Source: a virus (Duplodnaviria > Caudoviricetes). From it: a stretch of 28,943 bases of DNA. Positions 1 through 8,852 of the stretch are shown here, piece after piece. The position numbers and the translations under genes are program-made. The stretch covers positions 1 through 28,943 of the IMG/VR virus record IMGVR_UViG_3300030376_005909, one strand, 5' to 3'. Numbering within the stretch: the first letter of the stretch is position 1; each line of letters opens with the position of its first letter. Below the pieces are notes generated by a model, which worked only from the letters and a program-made list of their open reading frames with translations, was not told the DNA's origin and did no database searches.

Positions 1-402
1 ACCACCAAAGCCTTGTGATTCTAAATATTGTTGTTTAGCCATCTTTCTTTGATTAATTACTTCACTGTTAATAGCGGAATGCAATACTTTTTGAATGTCT
101 AATTCAATATTTTCTTGAGTGATTCTTTCATATTCTCTTAAACAATCTGTATTTACAGTTAGATTACCTGAACTATCAGTAGTAAAAGAAAGTTTAGCGA
201 GCATCTGACTAATTACTCTTTCAGTAACATCTTCCATCATTTGTTCGAGAGCAGTTAAAAATTGCTCACCATGATACTGAAAAAATTCTTCTACATGATT
301 TTCCTGCAAAGAAAGTAGATTATTCACATTTTTAAATGTAGTATCATTCTGGGCATTTACAGCCCCCATTAAAGCCCCATTACTTGTTCCAAATACTCCC
401 AT
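1..402 (-). CDS. Hypothetical helical protein, 3'-truncated by the window edge
   Basis: Not in the ORF track. Translated by hand from ATG at 402, just after the upstream stop at 405: MGVFGTSNGALMGAVNAQNDTTFKNVNNLLSLQENHVEEFFQYHGEQFL...QRKMAKQQYLESQGFGG. Open for all 134 codons. Confidence 0.8.
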   Translation of the reverse strand, partial: MGVFGTSNGALMGAVNAQNDTTFKNVNNLLSLQENHVEEFFQYHGEQFLTALEQMMEDVTERVISQMLAKLSFTTDSSGNLTVNTDCLREYERITQENIELDIQKVLHSAINSEVINQRKMAKQQYLESQGFGG

Positions 403-404
403 AC

Positions 405-1076
405 TCATTTCTCCTTAATTGTTTCTTTTTCTTCTGGTAATTCATTAGTAGCCTTAACATTATGCTTTAACATTAAAAGATTCAGTCTTTCAGTTATTAT
501 GTTTATTTCAGCAACTAATCGAATAACCTCATCGGTGGCTGTCCTATTATCGGCTAGAGCAGGTGGCCGTATAAACCATCCGGCGGCAGTTAAAGAAGTA
601 ACATCATTCTTAGTTAAATTACTTATTGGCCCGCCTTTAAGCATTTTAGGCATTCTTGGCTTAAATGCTTTGAATTCTAATCCATGTTGCTCTGCTAATA
701 TTTGCTGTTGAAGCATTTCTAACTGAACATACATAGAAGCATGTTTAGGACAATATGTTCCCCTTAAAGGCCTACCTTTAACTACATCATCTAAAGGTAT
801 AGGTGGACGCATATAGTCTCCCTGTTCCCAAATATGATGAAATCCACACACTACACATCTATCTTTTAAATTAAATTTTTTACCAAATTTTAAAAACAAA
901 AAACTTTTTCTCTCTGCTTTTAATACTGATTTAAGTTCTTTTAGTTTCTTTTTAGGTTTAATAGCAACAAACTGATATTCAGTAACTGTGCCACTTGCTC
1001 TTGCCTGTTGAAAGGGCTTTAAATATGGGTTAAAGTTCTGCCCTGTGGTCTGTCCTATTATTTGGTTATTATACAT
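405..1076 (-). CDS. Hypothetical protein with putative Zn-binding motifs
   Basis: 223 aa ORF in the operon, with CVVC-x2-HH and CPKH motifs and a C-terminal helical segment. Confidence 0.75.
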   Translation of the reverse strand: MYNNQIIGQTTGQNFNPYLKPFQQARASGTVTEYQFVAIKPKKKLKELKSVLKAERKSFLFLKFGKKFNLKDRCVVCGFHHIWEQGDYMRPPIPLDDVVKGRPLRGTYCPKHASMYVQLEMLQQQILAEQHGLEFKAFKPRMPKMLKGGPISNLTKNDVTSLTAAGWFIRPPALADNRTATDEVIRLVAEINIITERLNLLMLKHNVKATNELPEEKETIKEK

Positions 1077-1079
1077 TTT

Positions 1080-1427
1080 TCATTCCTCTCTTTTATTTAC
1101 TTCTCTAAATTTATTATTAAATTTGGGTCTTTCTTTATATTCATTAATTATATTAAACAAATGTTCATCAAAATCAAAATCTTCATCTTTTATTTGGTCT
1201 AAAGTAAGTGTGGCATAATATTCTTCAACTATTTCATCAAATGCGCTTTCTATTTCTTCATCAGGTATTTCAGGACTAAGCCATTCATGTTTCACTTCAT
1301 CAAAATTACCTATTGTCATTGATGCTGACGGAAATTTATTATGAATAAAATCTTCTTCATTATATGGAGAATTTTTAATATTATCTAAAATATCATCAAT
1401 ATCTCTTTTCAATATTTTTTTCCACAT
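1080..1427 (-). CDS. Small acidic hypothetical protein with N-terminal W-x-x-I-L-K tag
   Basis: The ORF track starts it at 1436. ATG at 1427 gives MWKKILKR, followed by a D/E-rich body. Confidence 0.7.
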   Translation of the reverse strand: MWKKILKRDIDDILDNIKNSPYNEEDFIHNKFPSASMTIGNFDEVKHEWLSPEIPDEEIESAFDEIVEEYYATLTLDQIKDEDFDFDEHLFNIINEYKERPKFNNKFREVNKREE

Positions 1428-1432
1428 TTTAA

Positions 1433-2101
1433 TCAATAATCCTTTATCATTGTAGTGATTCCTTTATACACCATTTCTGGGTCTGACTTTGCCGATACTA
1501 TATATTTAAAACAAGGAATTCCTTTTTCATTTAATTGTCTCATTCCGTATTTAAATGGTTCAAAAATCTCATGTTTATCAATAGGCTGCCCCTCTATCAA
1601 AGGATATTTTTCTCCCCATATATCATATTTATTAGCCCATATTGCTATTGCTATTGGATAGTCCGAATCTCTTTTTTTTTTATTAGAAGGCCATGTGGAA
1701 GAAACTACTGTATCTACTATAAATTTCCATGCTAATTGGTGGTCTAAATTTGAAGGCGAATCTAAGTGCCTATGGTCTATCATAAAAATAATATATTTAA
1801 CTTTGCGAAGTTGCATATCCTTAACCCATTCTTTCCAATAAATTGCCTCTCCTCCAATATCAGCACTACGAATAGTATGTGAATCACCATCTATTTTAAT
1901 ACCTTTCCTAGAAGCCCTATGTCTTCCTACAGTCCTTTCATTAATTTGAGCCACTTCGCCCCTTGTTTTTAGTTGCTGACTCAAAGTAGTTTTACCCACC
2001 ATAGTAGAACCATAAACTCCAAAATTGATAGCATGAACTTTTCTATAAAAACCAATTACGGCTTCACCTAATAAAATAGCAAATCCTGTCATAACGGACA
2101 T
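1433..2101 (-). CDS. Ras-superfamily-like small GTPase (Arf/Rab-like) with hydrophobic N-terminal helix
   Basis: G1 GSTMVGKTT, G2 Thr (ERTVG), G3 DIGG(E) with a downstream Trp (YWKEW), IIFMID strand, G4 NKYD, G5 SAK. N-terminus MSVMTGFAILLGEAVIGFY. Confidence 0.85.
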   Translation of the reverse strand: MSVMTGFAILLGEAVIGFYRKVHAINFGVYGSTMVGKTTLSQQLKTRGEVAQINERTVGRHRASRKGIKIDGDSHTIRSADIGGEAIYWKEWVKDMQLRKVKYIIFMIDHRHLDSPSNLDHQLAWKFIVDTVVSSTWPSNKKKRDSDYPIAIAIWANKYDIWGEKYPLIEGQPIDKHEIFEPFKYGMRQLNEKGIPCFKYIVSAKSDPEMVYKGITTMIKDY

Positions 2102-2102
2102 A

Positions 2103-2321
2103 TCAATGTCCCCAACTATCCCAGAATTTATCTATTACCCATCCCATAATATTAATGTCAAAAACACCCATAATATTTCCTATAAGTAATGCTGATAATA
2201 CAGCACAAGAACCCCAAAACCACATTCTCATTTTAACAAAAAACATATCAGCAGAATGAGCCCTTTGTGAATTGTAAGCATAATCAGAATCGCTAAATCC
2301 CATTATATCGCCCAATACCAC
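2103..2321 (-). CDS. Small membrane protein
   Basis: 72 aa, GTG start after GAGGTGGG, hydrophobic segment WFWGSCAVLSALLIGNIMGVF. Confidence 0.75.
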   Translation of the reverse strand: MVLGDIMGFSDSDYAYNSQRAHSADMFFVKMRMWFWGSCAVLSALLIGNIMGVFDINIMGWVIDKFWDSWGH

Positions 2322-2331
2322 TTAACCCACC

Positions 2332-2721
2332 TCATTGAAGTGCTGCTAAAAATTCATTTCCTATGGTATTCTCTTCTTCTGACTGAACAGGTTGGTAATT
2401 ATTAAAAGAAGTATTATGTTGTTTAGCACTTTCTCGCATCTTTTGTCTTTGTTGTTCATCTATGGCTTTTCGTTCCCAATAGGCTGTAATTTTTCTATCG
2501 AGGAGCCACATTTCTATTTTATCATTAAGAGCCAAATCAAATAGGGCTTTCATGACCATAATAGAACCAATGGTTCCTAGCCCGAATAAAACTGAATGTG
2601 CTAAAGACCCATAAGGAAAGGTAAGACCAAACTGTGCATAAACAAATACATTAGTTCCGCTCATTACACCGACAAATAAAATTGTCATAACTAGTCTAGT
2701 ATCTTGGCTTAGTGCTGGCAT
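2332..2721 (-). CDS. Membrane protein (2 predicted TM helices plus a soluble helical tail)
   Basis: Likely start is ATG 2721 (MPALSQD) after GAGGCTGA. Hydrophobic segments LVMTILFVGVMSGTNVFVYA and LAHSVLFGLGTIGSIMVM. Confidence 0.75.
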   Translation of the reverse strand: MPALSQDTRLVMTILFVGVMSGTNVFVYAQFGLTFPYGSLAHSVLFGLGTIGSIMVMKALFDLALNDKIEMWLLDRKITAYWERKAIDEQQRQKMRESAKQHNTSFNNYQPVQSEEENTIGNEFLAALQ

Positions 2722-2732
2722 ATTTATCAGCC

Positions 2733-3008
2733 TCAAGCAAATTCAACGGTAACGTCTAAGTGATTAGGAACAATTGCACAAATTCCATTAGTGCAAATTA
2801 CCCCATGCATATCAAACTCTAAACTTGTTCCTGCTGGGACTCTTAGTCTTGCGACTATTTTTCCAGAAGCAGCAGTATTATCATAAATAGTTGCTTCTAA
2901 TGCGCCACCAGTATCATTAGCACCACGCACCGATACAAGTTTTGAATTTCCTGTAACGACTACTTTGGTTTCATTTGTTATCAAACCACTACTTCTACAA
3001 CTTGCCAT
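2733..3008 (-). CDS. Small beta-rich protein, probable virion structural protein
   Basis: 91 aa, G/A/T/V-rich with a beta-strand pattern (ATIYDNTAASG), located downstream of the capsid gene. Function is inferred. Confidence 0.65.
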   Translation of the reverse strand: MASCRSSGLITNETKVVVTGNSKLVSVRGANDTGGALEATIYDNTAASGKIVARLRVPAGTSLEFDMHGVICTNGICAIVPNHLDVTVEFA

Positions 3009-3066
3009 ACCTATACTCTCCGTTCAATTGCACTACGAGGCTTCACCCTCTTAACTCTGTTGGTGA

Positions 3067-3390
3067 TTATTCTTTTAATGCTGATTTCTTAGCCTTAGAC
3101 ATAATTTTTTTCGTCTTTGGCTTAGATGGTAGCAATAATGCACACAATTCATCATGGGTAGTAATAGTAGAACCTAATGATTTTGATAGTCTTTTAAATC
3201 CAGAAGGGTCTAATTGACGTAATTCTTCTCTATCTGATTCTACAAAAGTTATTTCTAAGTTTGAATCACCTAAATACTTAAAGCAAAATGAAGGAGGTAA
3301 ATCCTCAAGGACTTGTCCTCTTGTTAGAACAAGTCCCTGAAGACTTACTTTCATTGACCTTGCTTGCTTAGTCAATTTAATTGTTGCCAA
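3067..3390 (-). CDS. Hypothetical protein downstream of the capsid genes
   Basis: 107 aa, TTG start 5 nt after the GGTGA RBS (3396-3400), Lys-rich tail. Confidence 0.7.
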   Translation of the reverse strand: MATIKLTKQARSMKVSLQGLVLTRGQVLEDLPPSFCFKYLGDSNLEITFVESDREELRQLDPSGFKRLSKSLGSTITTHDELCALLLPSKPKTKKIMSKAKKSALKE

Positions 3391-3400
3391 TTAAATCACC

Positions 3401-3754
3401 TCAAAGTATTCCATAAACTCTCATTCGGACTGAACCGCCGTTACCATCATCAGCGAGGGTAGCGTTTGTTCCGTCTAAACTTGTAAACATCAGTGCTAAT
3501 GAAGAATTAGATTCATAAGCCCCTGTTGCCGAACATTCTATTTGTGGTTGTAGCCCATTAGCATTATCGTGTCCTGTAATGACTGCTGCACTAATTGATG
3601 CTAGACCAAAAGCAGAAGCAGGTATTACTGAACCTGCCGCTACTATTGAACTTACATCAACTAATGCGTCAACCATATATTCGTCACCATTTGCTCTTGG
3701 TTTTGTAAAACCTTTATGGTCTGCTAAAAGCGTAACTGTATATGCTAGTGCCAT
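3401..3754 (-). CDS. Probable head decoration / minor capsid protein
   Basis: Real start is ATG 3754 (MALAYTVT) after GAGGTGA; the longer track ORF overlaps the capsid gene. Lies immediately after the MCP and is A/G/S/T-rich. Confidence 0.6.
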   Translation of the reverse strand: MALAYTVTLLADHKGFTKPRANGDEYMVDALVDVSSIVAAGSVIPASAFGLASISAAVITGHDNANGLQPQIECSATGAYESNSSLALMFTSLDGTNATLADDGNGGSVRMRVYGIL

Positions 3755-3764
3755 ACTAATCACC

Positions 3765-5114
3765 TCAGAGTAAGTTGGTAATCTTTCCTTGACCCTTGAA
3801 GTAAGAACAGCCCATTTCCGCCATAGTTCGGTAAAGAGCCTTGTTTCCAAGAGAACCGACGCCGAATGGGTTTCCGTTACTGATACCATCTTCAAAGTAT
3901 TGAGTAGGCTTCATAACTGATAGCCAAATGTGGTCTGTATCGACAAACAACATATCACTAATACAAGCAGAGTTAGCCCCAGTTGAAGGCATAGCAGCAA
4001 CTGGAATTAGAGGTATATCGTAGTAGGTAGAAACTCTAAATCCTACTTCTGCACCCTTAACGCCACGAACACCGTTTACTGTTGGGACAATTTCCTTTCT
4101 GTCCATAAAGCGTTCTTGGGCTTGCAATAGGTCAGAAAGAGTTTGTAGTGTATCATATCCAGTTAGAATAACCTTTGGTGAACCACCAGCAACTCTCAAA
4201 TCTCTAATCATATTGTTTATTACAGTTAGAGTCATTTGACGTGCTTCTGCACTAGTATAACCTGCACCGAAACTTACTTGAGCATCAAGGAATGAACCAC
4301 TATCACGGTTTGAACCGTAAATGTGACTAATACTAGCATCAGTAGCAGCATCAACTAAGTTTCCACCAGAGTTATCAGCCAATTCAACTATCTCAGCGGT
4401 TGAAGTAATAATCTTGTATAGAGAAGTATATGCTCTATCCATACCAGTAGTTACAGTAGTATATGCGGTTGTTGGAGAATAGTTTTCCAAAGGCATAACA
4501 AGCATTTGGTTCTGAACCTCAGCATGATGCTTACCCATATCTTCTCTCAATTGTGCTCTAATATCACCGATACCATCATCAATTTGAGCCATTTCCATTG
4601 CCAACTCACTGAAAGCGAATTGATGAGCAACGATTTTAGGGCTTGTATGTAGTGTTGTGTAAGTTGGTGCAAGTGGCATCAATCCATCATTAACAGTATC
4701 TAATGAAGCATTTTCTGGAACTCCACCAATAAAGTCTGCTCTTAGTGAATCTTCTCCTAATTGAGAAGCATCAAGTGTAGCGTTAGAAGCAGCAGTAATA
4801 TCCAAAGAATTACCAGAGCCACCAGCAGGACGGTTACTTAGAACTCTCCAACCACTAGAAGTGTATGGTCTCTTAGCAATTACTGAAAGAGCATTACATT
4901 CTCGGTTTAGCATAGACCAAACTTTTTGTCCATATAGTTGATTGTAAAGGTTAGCATTAATACCAGAAGGTGCTCCTTGTGCTCCATCGTGGGCTGTGTG
5001 AATACCAGACAATGTTCCCTGTGCCTTAAGCAATTGATTACCAAATGCACCTGTATGGCTAATTCCGTATGTTTCTGCTTCTAAATCTGCGATTGTGTTA
5101 ATATATCCTGTCAT
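3765..5114 (-). CDS. Major capsid protein (HK97-like fold)
   Basis: 449 aa directly after the prohead protease. HK97-like pattern (GGVPEN..., PKIVAHQFAFSELA, YYDIPLIP, C-terminal GKITNL). Confidence 0.85.
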   Translation of the reverse strand: MTGYINTIADLEAETYGISHTGAFGNQLLKAQGTLSGIHTAHDGAQGAPSGINANLYNQLYGQKVWSMLNRECNALSVIAKRPYTSSGWRVLSNRPAGGSGNSLDITAASNATLDASQLGEDSLRADFIGGVPENASLDTVNDGLMPLAPTYTTLHTSPKIVAHQFAFSELAMEMAQIDDGIGDIRAQLREDMGKHHAEVQNQMLVMPLENYSPTTAYTTVTTGMDRAYTSLYKIITSTAEIVELADNSGGNLVDAATDASISHIYGSNRDSGSFLDAQVSFGAGYTSAEARQMTLTVINNMIRDLRVAGGSPKVILTGYDTLQTLSDLLQAQERFMDRKEIVPTVNGVRGVKGAEVGFRVSTYYDIPLIPVAAMPSTGANSACISDMLFVDTDHIWLSVMKPTQYFEDGISNGNPFGVGSLGNKALYRTMAEMGCSYFKGQGKITNLL

Positions 5115-5115
5115 C

Positions 5116-6297
5116 TTAAATGCCCCCTACCATTTTGTGGATATCAGACCAATTCATCTCGGCCAATTCATCCATATTTGGGAGTTTTATTACAGACTCT
5201 TCTTGAGCCTTAACGATTGAATTCTTCTCGTCAGTTAGAGACTTTCTCAGTTGAGTAAACTCTTCCTTCATTGAAGCGATTTCTGCTTGTGCATCATATT
5301 GAGACTTTGCTAGAATAGTCTCTTTATCAGAAACTTCTGCGTTAAAGCGAGCATCAAATGTTTTTTGTAGATTGTCATAAGCCAACTTTTCAAGTTGCTC
5401 TTGACGGTAAGCCTCGTAAGCCTTCTCGATGTTAGCATTAGACAAATCAAGAGTGCTTAGTTCTCCATTGTCAAAAGCCTTTACTACTGGCATATCGTGT
5501 GACTTTGGCTTACCATTGTCAATAACGACTCTATCAGCATTATCACCGATTTGAACTCCTGCGCCATCTACTGTTGGAACATAGGCTTTCTCTTCACTGT
5601 CCATGTATTCCATGCTTTCAGTCTCATCTTCCTCTTCTGTCATGTCCATTCCCTTTTCTTCTTCAGGCATGTCCATGCTTTCGTCTTCTTCCTTACGGAG
5701 AGTATTAACTTCAACCATAAGTGCGTCTAATTCTGCTAATGCTTTTTCAATTTTAGTCATTTTGCTCACTTCTTTTTCTTTTTTATCTTGTTTTAGAATA
5801 TCAAATCTTGCTTCTGGGTTTATTCCTTTTTCACAGATTGTTACTTCATGTAATTCTAATTTGCTAATTTCGTTGTAGTCTCCTAATTCTTGGTGGTTTT
5901 TCTTAACTTTCTCTAATGCTTGCCCACCTATACTAAATGACCTTAACGAACCTTTTCTGATGCCTCTGTTTATTTCCTTGGCTTTTTCTATATCATCTCT
6001 TAATTTAATAACTACAAAAAATCCCACATCATCTACTTCTGTTTTCCAAAGTTTTCCTGTTTTGTCTCTGTATGATTTTACAACTTCCCCTACTTGAACA
6101 TTAGAATGATTAGTCATTACATTTCTAAACTTAGGGTTCTCCATATATTTGTTAGTTGCTTCTTTAAGTGCTTTGAGTGTAATTAAGTCATTCTGTTTAT
6201 CAACGATTTCAATAGAAGCATAACCACCTATCATTAATTCATCGCTTTTTAGAATCCTGAACTCGTTGGCTCTGTTTGACATTACCGCCGAACTCAT
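5116..6297 (-). CDS. Prohead (maturation) protease fused to an acidic coiled-coil scaffold
   Basis: HK97-type protease motifs IGGYAS..VDKQND, H (MTNHS), RSFSIGG and LHEVTICEKGINPEA, followed by an acidic coiled-coil C-terminal half. Confidence 0.88.
   Translation of the reverse strand: MSSAVMSNRANEFRILKSDELMIGGYASIEIVDKQNDLITLKALKEATNKYMENPKFRNVMTNHSNVQVGEVVKSYRDKTGKLWKTEVDDVGFFVVIKLRDDIEKAKEINRGIRKGSLRSFSIGGQALEKVKKNHQELGDYNEISKLELHEVTICEKGINPEARFDILKQDKKEKEVSKMTKIEKALAELDALMVEVNTLRKEEDESMDMPEEEKGMDMTEEEDETESMEYMDSEEKAYVPTVDGAGVQIGDNADRVVIDNGKPKSHDMPVVKAFDNGELSTLDLSNANIEKAYEAYRQEQLEKLAYDNLQKTFDARFNAEVSDKETILAKSQYDAQAEIASMKEEFTQLRKSLTDEKNSIVKAQEESVIKLPNMDELAEMNWSDIHKMVGGI
5126..5157 (-). repeat. 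Copy 1 of a 32-bp repeat encoding M-[ND]-WSDIHKMVG
   Basis: 27/32 identical to 9384-9415. Confidence 0.8.
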
Positions 6298-6327
6298 TCT
6301 TCCTCAACTCTTTGTTGCTCAATCTAC

Positions 6328-6335
6328 TATATAAA
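6328..6335 (-). promoter_or_regulatory. Putative archaeal TATA box upstream of the protease-capsid operon
   Basis: TTTATATA on the minus strand about 30 nt upstream of ATG 6297, in one of the few intergenic gaps. Confidence 0.5.
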
Positions 6336-6349
6336 GAACACACTATCTT

Positions 6350-8839
6350 TTAATTAGGAAAGGGTAATTTATTATATTTATCAGCATAAATGTTCCATTT
6401 CCCTTCATCTGTTTCGGTATCAGCAGGTTCTTGTTTATAGCCAGTCCATGCTAACCACATTTCTGTTCCTTTAACTTCAATTACTCTAAAGTGCATTTTA
6501 GTTTCAAATTTATTACCTTCTAAAAAATATTCATGGTAGCCATCTTTTTGGACTCCTAATTTAATTTTGCCGGAATCAATAACCTTACCTCTTTCAATAT
6601 TCTTTGCTACTTCTGCTGGATATTTACCAGCCGCACCAAATAAATCAAATAGTTCCTTTTCATCATCTAATTCAATTGTCCAAAACATAGTTTCTTTTTC
6701 TAATTTAATTGCTAAAGTAACATTATCATCTTCTCTAGAATACAATTTAAATTGTCCTTCTTGTAATTTTTCAGGAGTCTTATATTCCTTTAAAATTTCT
6801 TCTTCTTGCATAATTTTATCTTCATCTGCAACCAATTTATTTTCTCGTATAGAAATACCATCTCTTAATCCAGCCCATTGTTTTAAATCAGTTTCTTTAG
6901 ATTCTAAAATGTCTTCATATAATGATGGGTGATTTTTTACTAAATGAAGATGCACTTCTTTAATAATTGATGGCCCTTTTAATTTTAAGAATTGAAAAAT
7001 AGCCACAGTTAATTCGCTTTGTTTGGATTTCATAATATCAATAGCCTGTTGCTTCCACATATCTAAATCCATTAAAGCGTTTTTAGACATTAAATTATTT
7101 TGCTCGAAGCCATAAATAGTAAATCCATTCATATCAGACTTAATAATTAAATTAGTTTCACCGTGAATATAATCAGTAATTTTAATACCTTTAGTTAAGG
7201 CCTCAACATCATAATTTAAAGATTTTTTAGTATCTTTAGAAAGTAATTCTAGAGTAACTAATTTATCAGGGTAATTTACTTCAGGCACTTCTATTACTTT
7301 AGCAGAATATAAACTATAGGAATCTCCTTGCTTTTTGACCTCATCTACTTTGACTCTAATAATATCCCCTATATCAACAGACACTTTAGTATTGAGGGCT
7401 TTACCCACATTCATATAATTATCTCCTTTAATCTCAACTAAGTTATTTAAGTCTTCAGTGATTGGCCCTACACCTAAACCATAGGAATATAATCCGCTTT
7501 TGGTTTTCCTTTTAGTTAAAACCATAACATCTAAATCGACGAACTTTTTCCACTTAATCCACTTAGGGTTCTTTTTAGTGCCTACATAATAAGTAGAAGT
7601 AGCATCTTTTATTACTACACCTTCAGCAGTAGGAATTTCCATCATTTCCTTAGCATATTTCTCAATATCTTTTAAATTATCTGCTTCTCTAGTATCTTTT
7701 TTAGAAGGGAAGGCAATTGCATCATTAGATTTAGAAGAATAATTATTAAATAAAGTAATCATTCTTGCACTTAATTCTTCATCAGCCATAGTCTGTGCTT
7801 CGTGTCGTATAATATCGAAAACATGACATCTTAAATTAGCGTCTTGGTATTTATTCTTAAAAACATGAGCCACAGTATCTGCTCTATGTAATGCTTCTTC
7901 TCCTTTGAATAGAATCAATTCACCATCAAAAATACAATCACCGTATTCTTTCTTTTTAAGTTCTTTAACTTGTTCTGGACATTTATCAGTAATGTCTTTT
8001 TCATTATAAGAATAAATAGTAACTTTATCATCTAATTTATGTAATTGAATTCTCATACCATCATACTTTTCTTGAACATACCAATTACCACTAAATCCTT
8101 TTAACTCTTTAATGTCTTCAATATCAAATATTCTATACATTGGTTTATTAGGAATAATAAAATGAGAAACAGATTTCTTTTCATCAGACTTTTCAATCTC
8201 TGTTAATTCGACCCATTCTTCTTCTTCATGTTTAGAAAAGAAAATTAACTCTAATACATCCATAGCAGCAGTTACTTTGGATTCAACCTTCTTTGAGTCT
8301 TTTCCATCCCCATAATGCTCAATAATATAGAGAGCAATATCCTCTGACTCTAGGTCAAGACCTTCAAGACCCTCTGTTATTGTGTCAGGTTCCATGCCCT
8401 TAATGCTTAGAACTTCAGGTGAAAGAACTTTATTGTCTTCTCTTAGCGCATAATGCACGAATTTAACCATGCTTTCAGGATTAGATAGCAATTCTTCTAA
8501 GACATTTCCCTTAAACATTTTAGAAAAAGGGTCTTCTACCAATTTTGAAGAATATCTAATTAGTTTAATTTTTTCAAATAAATTAGTAGCACTAGGGCTA
8601 GTAGGGTCTTTGGTTTCCTTTTCCATTAAGTCATCTTCATCAATGTAATTATTCAGTTCTTTACCTGCTGAATCTAATTTGTTATAGGAGTCAATTATTA
8701 AATCAACTGTTTTACGCCAACGGCCCCCGTATTCTTTAGGGTCTGTTTTAGCAGAAAGATAGGCAACCCTAGTTTTTTCAAATAGTCTAAGTATTTCTTG
8801 AGAAGGTTGCTTATCCTTCTCAATAGAGCCGAGTTTCAT
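6350..8839 (-). CDS. lig: ATP-dependent DNA ligase with long N- and C-terminal extensions
   Basis: Motif I QEKYDGMR, III IFDGEL, IIIa VFDII, IV EGVVIK, V WIKWK, followed by an OB-fold-like region. Confidence 0.88.
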   Translation of the reverse strand: MKLGSIEKDKQPSQEILRLFEKTRVAYLSAKTDPKEYGGRWRKTVDLIIDSYNKLDSAGKELNNYIDEDDLMEKETKDPTSPSATNLFEKIKLIRYSSKLVEDPFSKMFKGNVLEELLSNPESMVKFVHYALREDNKVLSPEVLSIKGMEPDTITEGLEGLDLESEDIALYIIEHYGDGKDSKKVESKVTAAMDVLELIFFSKHEEEEWVELTEIEKSDEKKSVSHFIIPNKPMYRIFDIEDIKELKGFSGNWYVQEKYDGMRIQLHKLDDKVTIYSYNEKDITDKCPEQVKELKKKEYGDCIFDGELILFKGEEALHRADTVAHVFKNKYQDANLRCHVFDIIRHEAQTMADEELSARMITLFNNYSSKSNDAIAFPSKKDTREADNLKDIEKYAKEMMEIPTAEGVVIKDATSTYYVGTKKNPKWIKWKKFVDLDVMVLTKRKTKSGLYSYGLGVGPITEDLNNLVEIKGDNYMNVGKALNTKVSVDIGDIIRVKVDEVKKQGDSYSLYSAKVIEVPEVNYPDKLVTLELLSKDTKKSLNYDVEALTKGIKITDYIHGETNLIIKSDMNGFTIYGFEQNNLMSKNALMDLDMWKQQAIDIMKSKQSELTVAIFQFLKLKGPSIIKEVHLHLVKNHPSLYEDILESKETDLKQWAGLRDGISIRENKLVADEDKIMQEEEILKEYKTPEKLQEGQFKLYSREDDNVTLAIKLEKETMFWTIELDDEKELFDLFGAAGKYPAEVAKNIERGKVIDSGKIKLGVQKDGYHEYFLEGNKFETKMHFRVIEVKGTEMWLAWTGYKQEPADTETDEGKWNIYADKYNKLPFPN

Positions 8840-8852
8840 ATGGATTCCTCAA

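Noticed and set aside
2103-2721. Holin/spanin annotation for the two membrane proteins
   Set aside because: Only hydrophobicity supports it. There is no endolysin or lipobox nearby and the host appears archaeal.
3009-3066. Intergenic GAGG-N6-CCTC hairpin as an ncRNA or terminator
   Set aside because: The stem is only 4 bp, there is no T-tract, and no tRNA-like structure is present.
3755-3895. N-terminal extensions given by the ORF track (also at 19195, 21758, 25119, 26439, 28380, 18542, 12269, 11947, 9374, 2736, 1436)
   Set aside because: They overlap upstream genes or start within the RBS itself. Downstream starts have properly spaced RBSs, abut the upstream stop, or expose the conserved tag.
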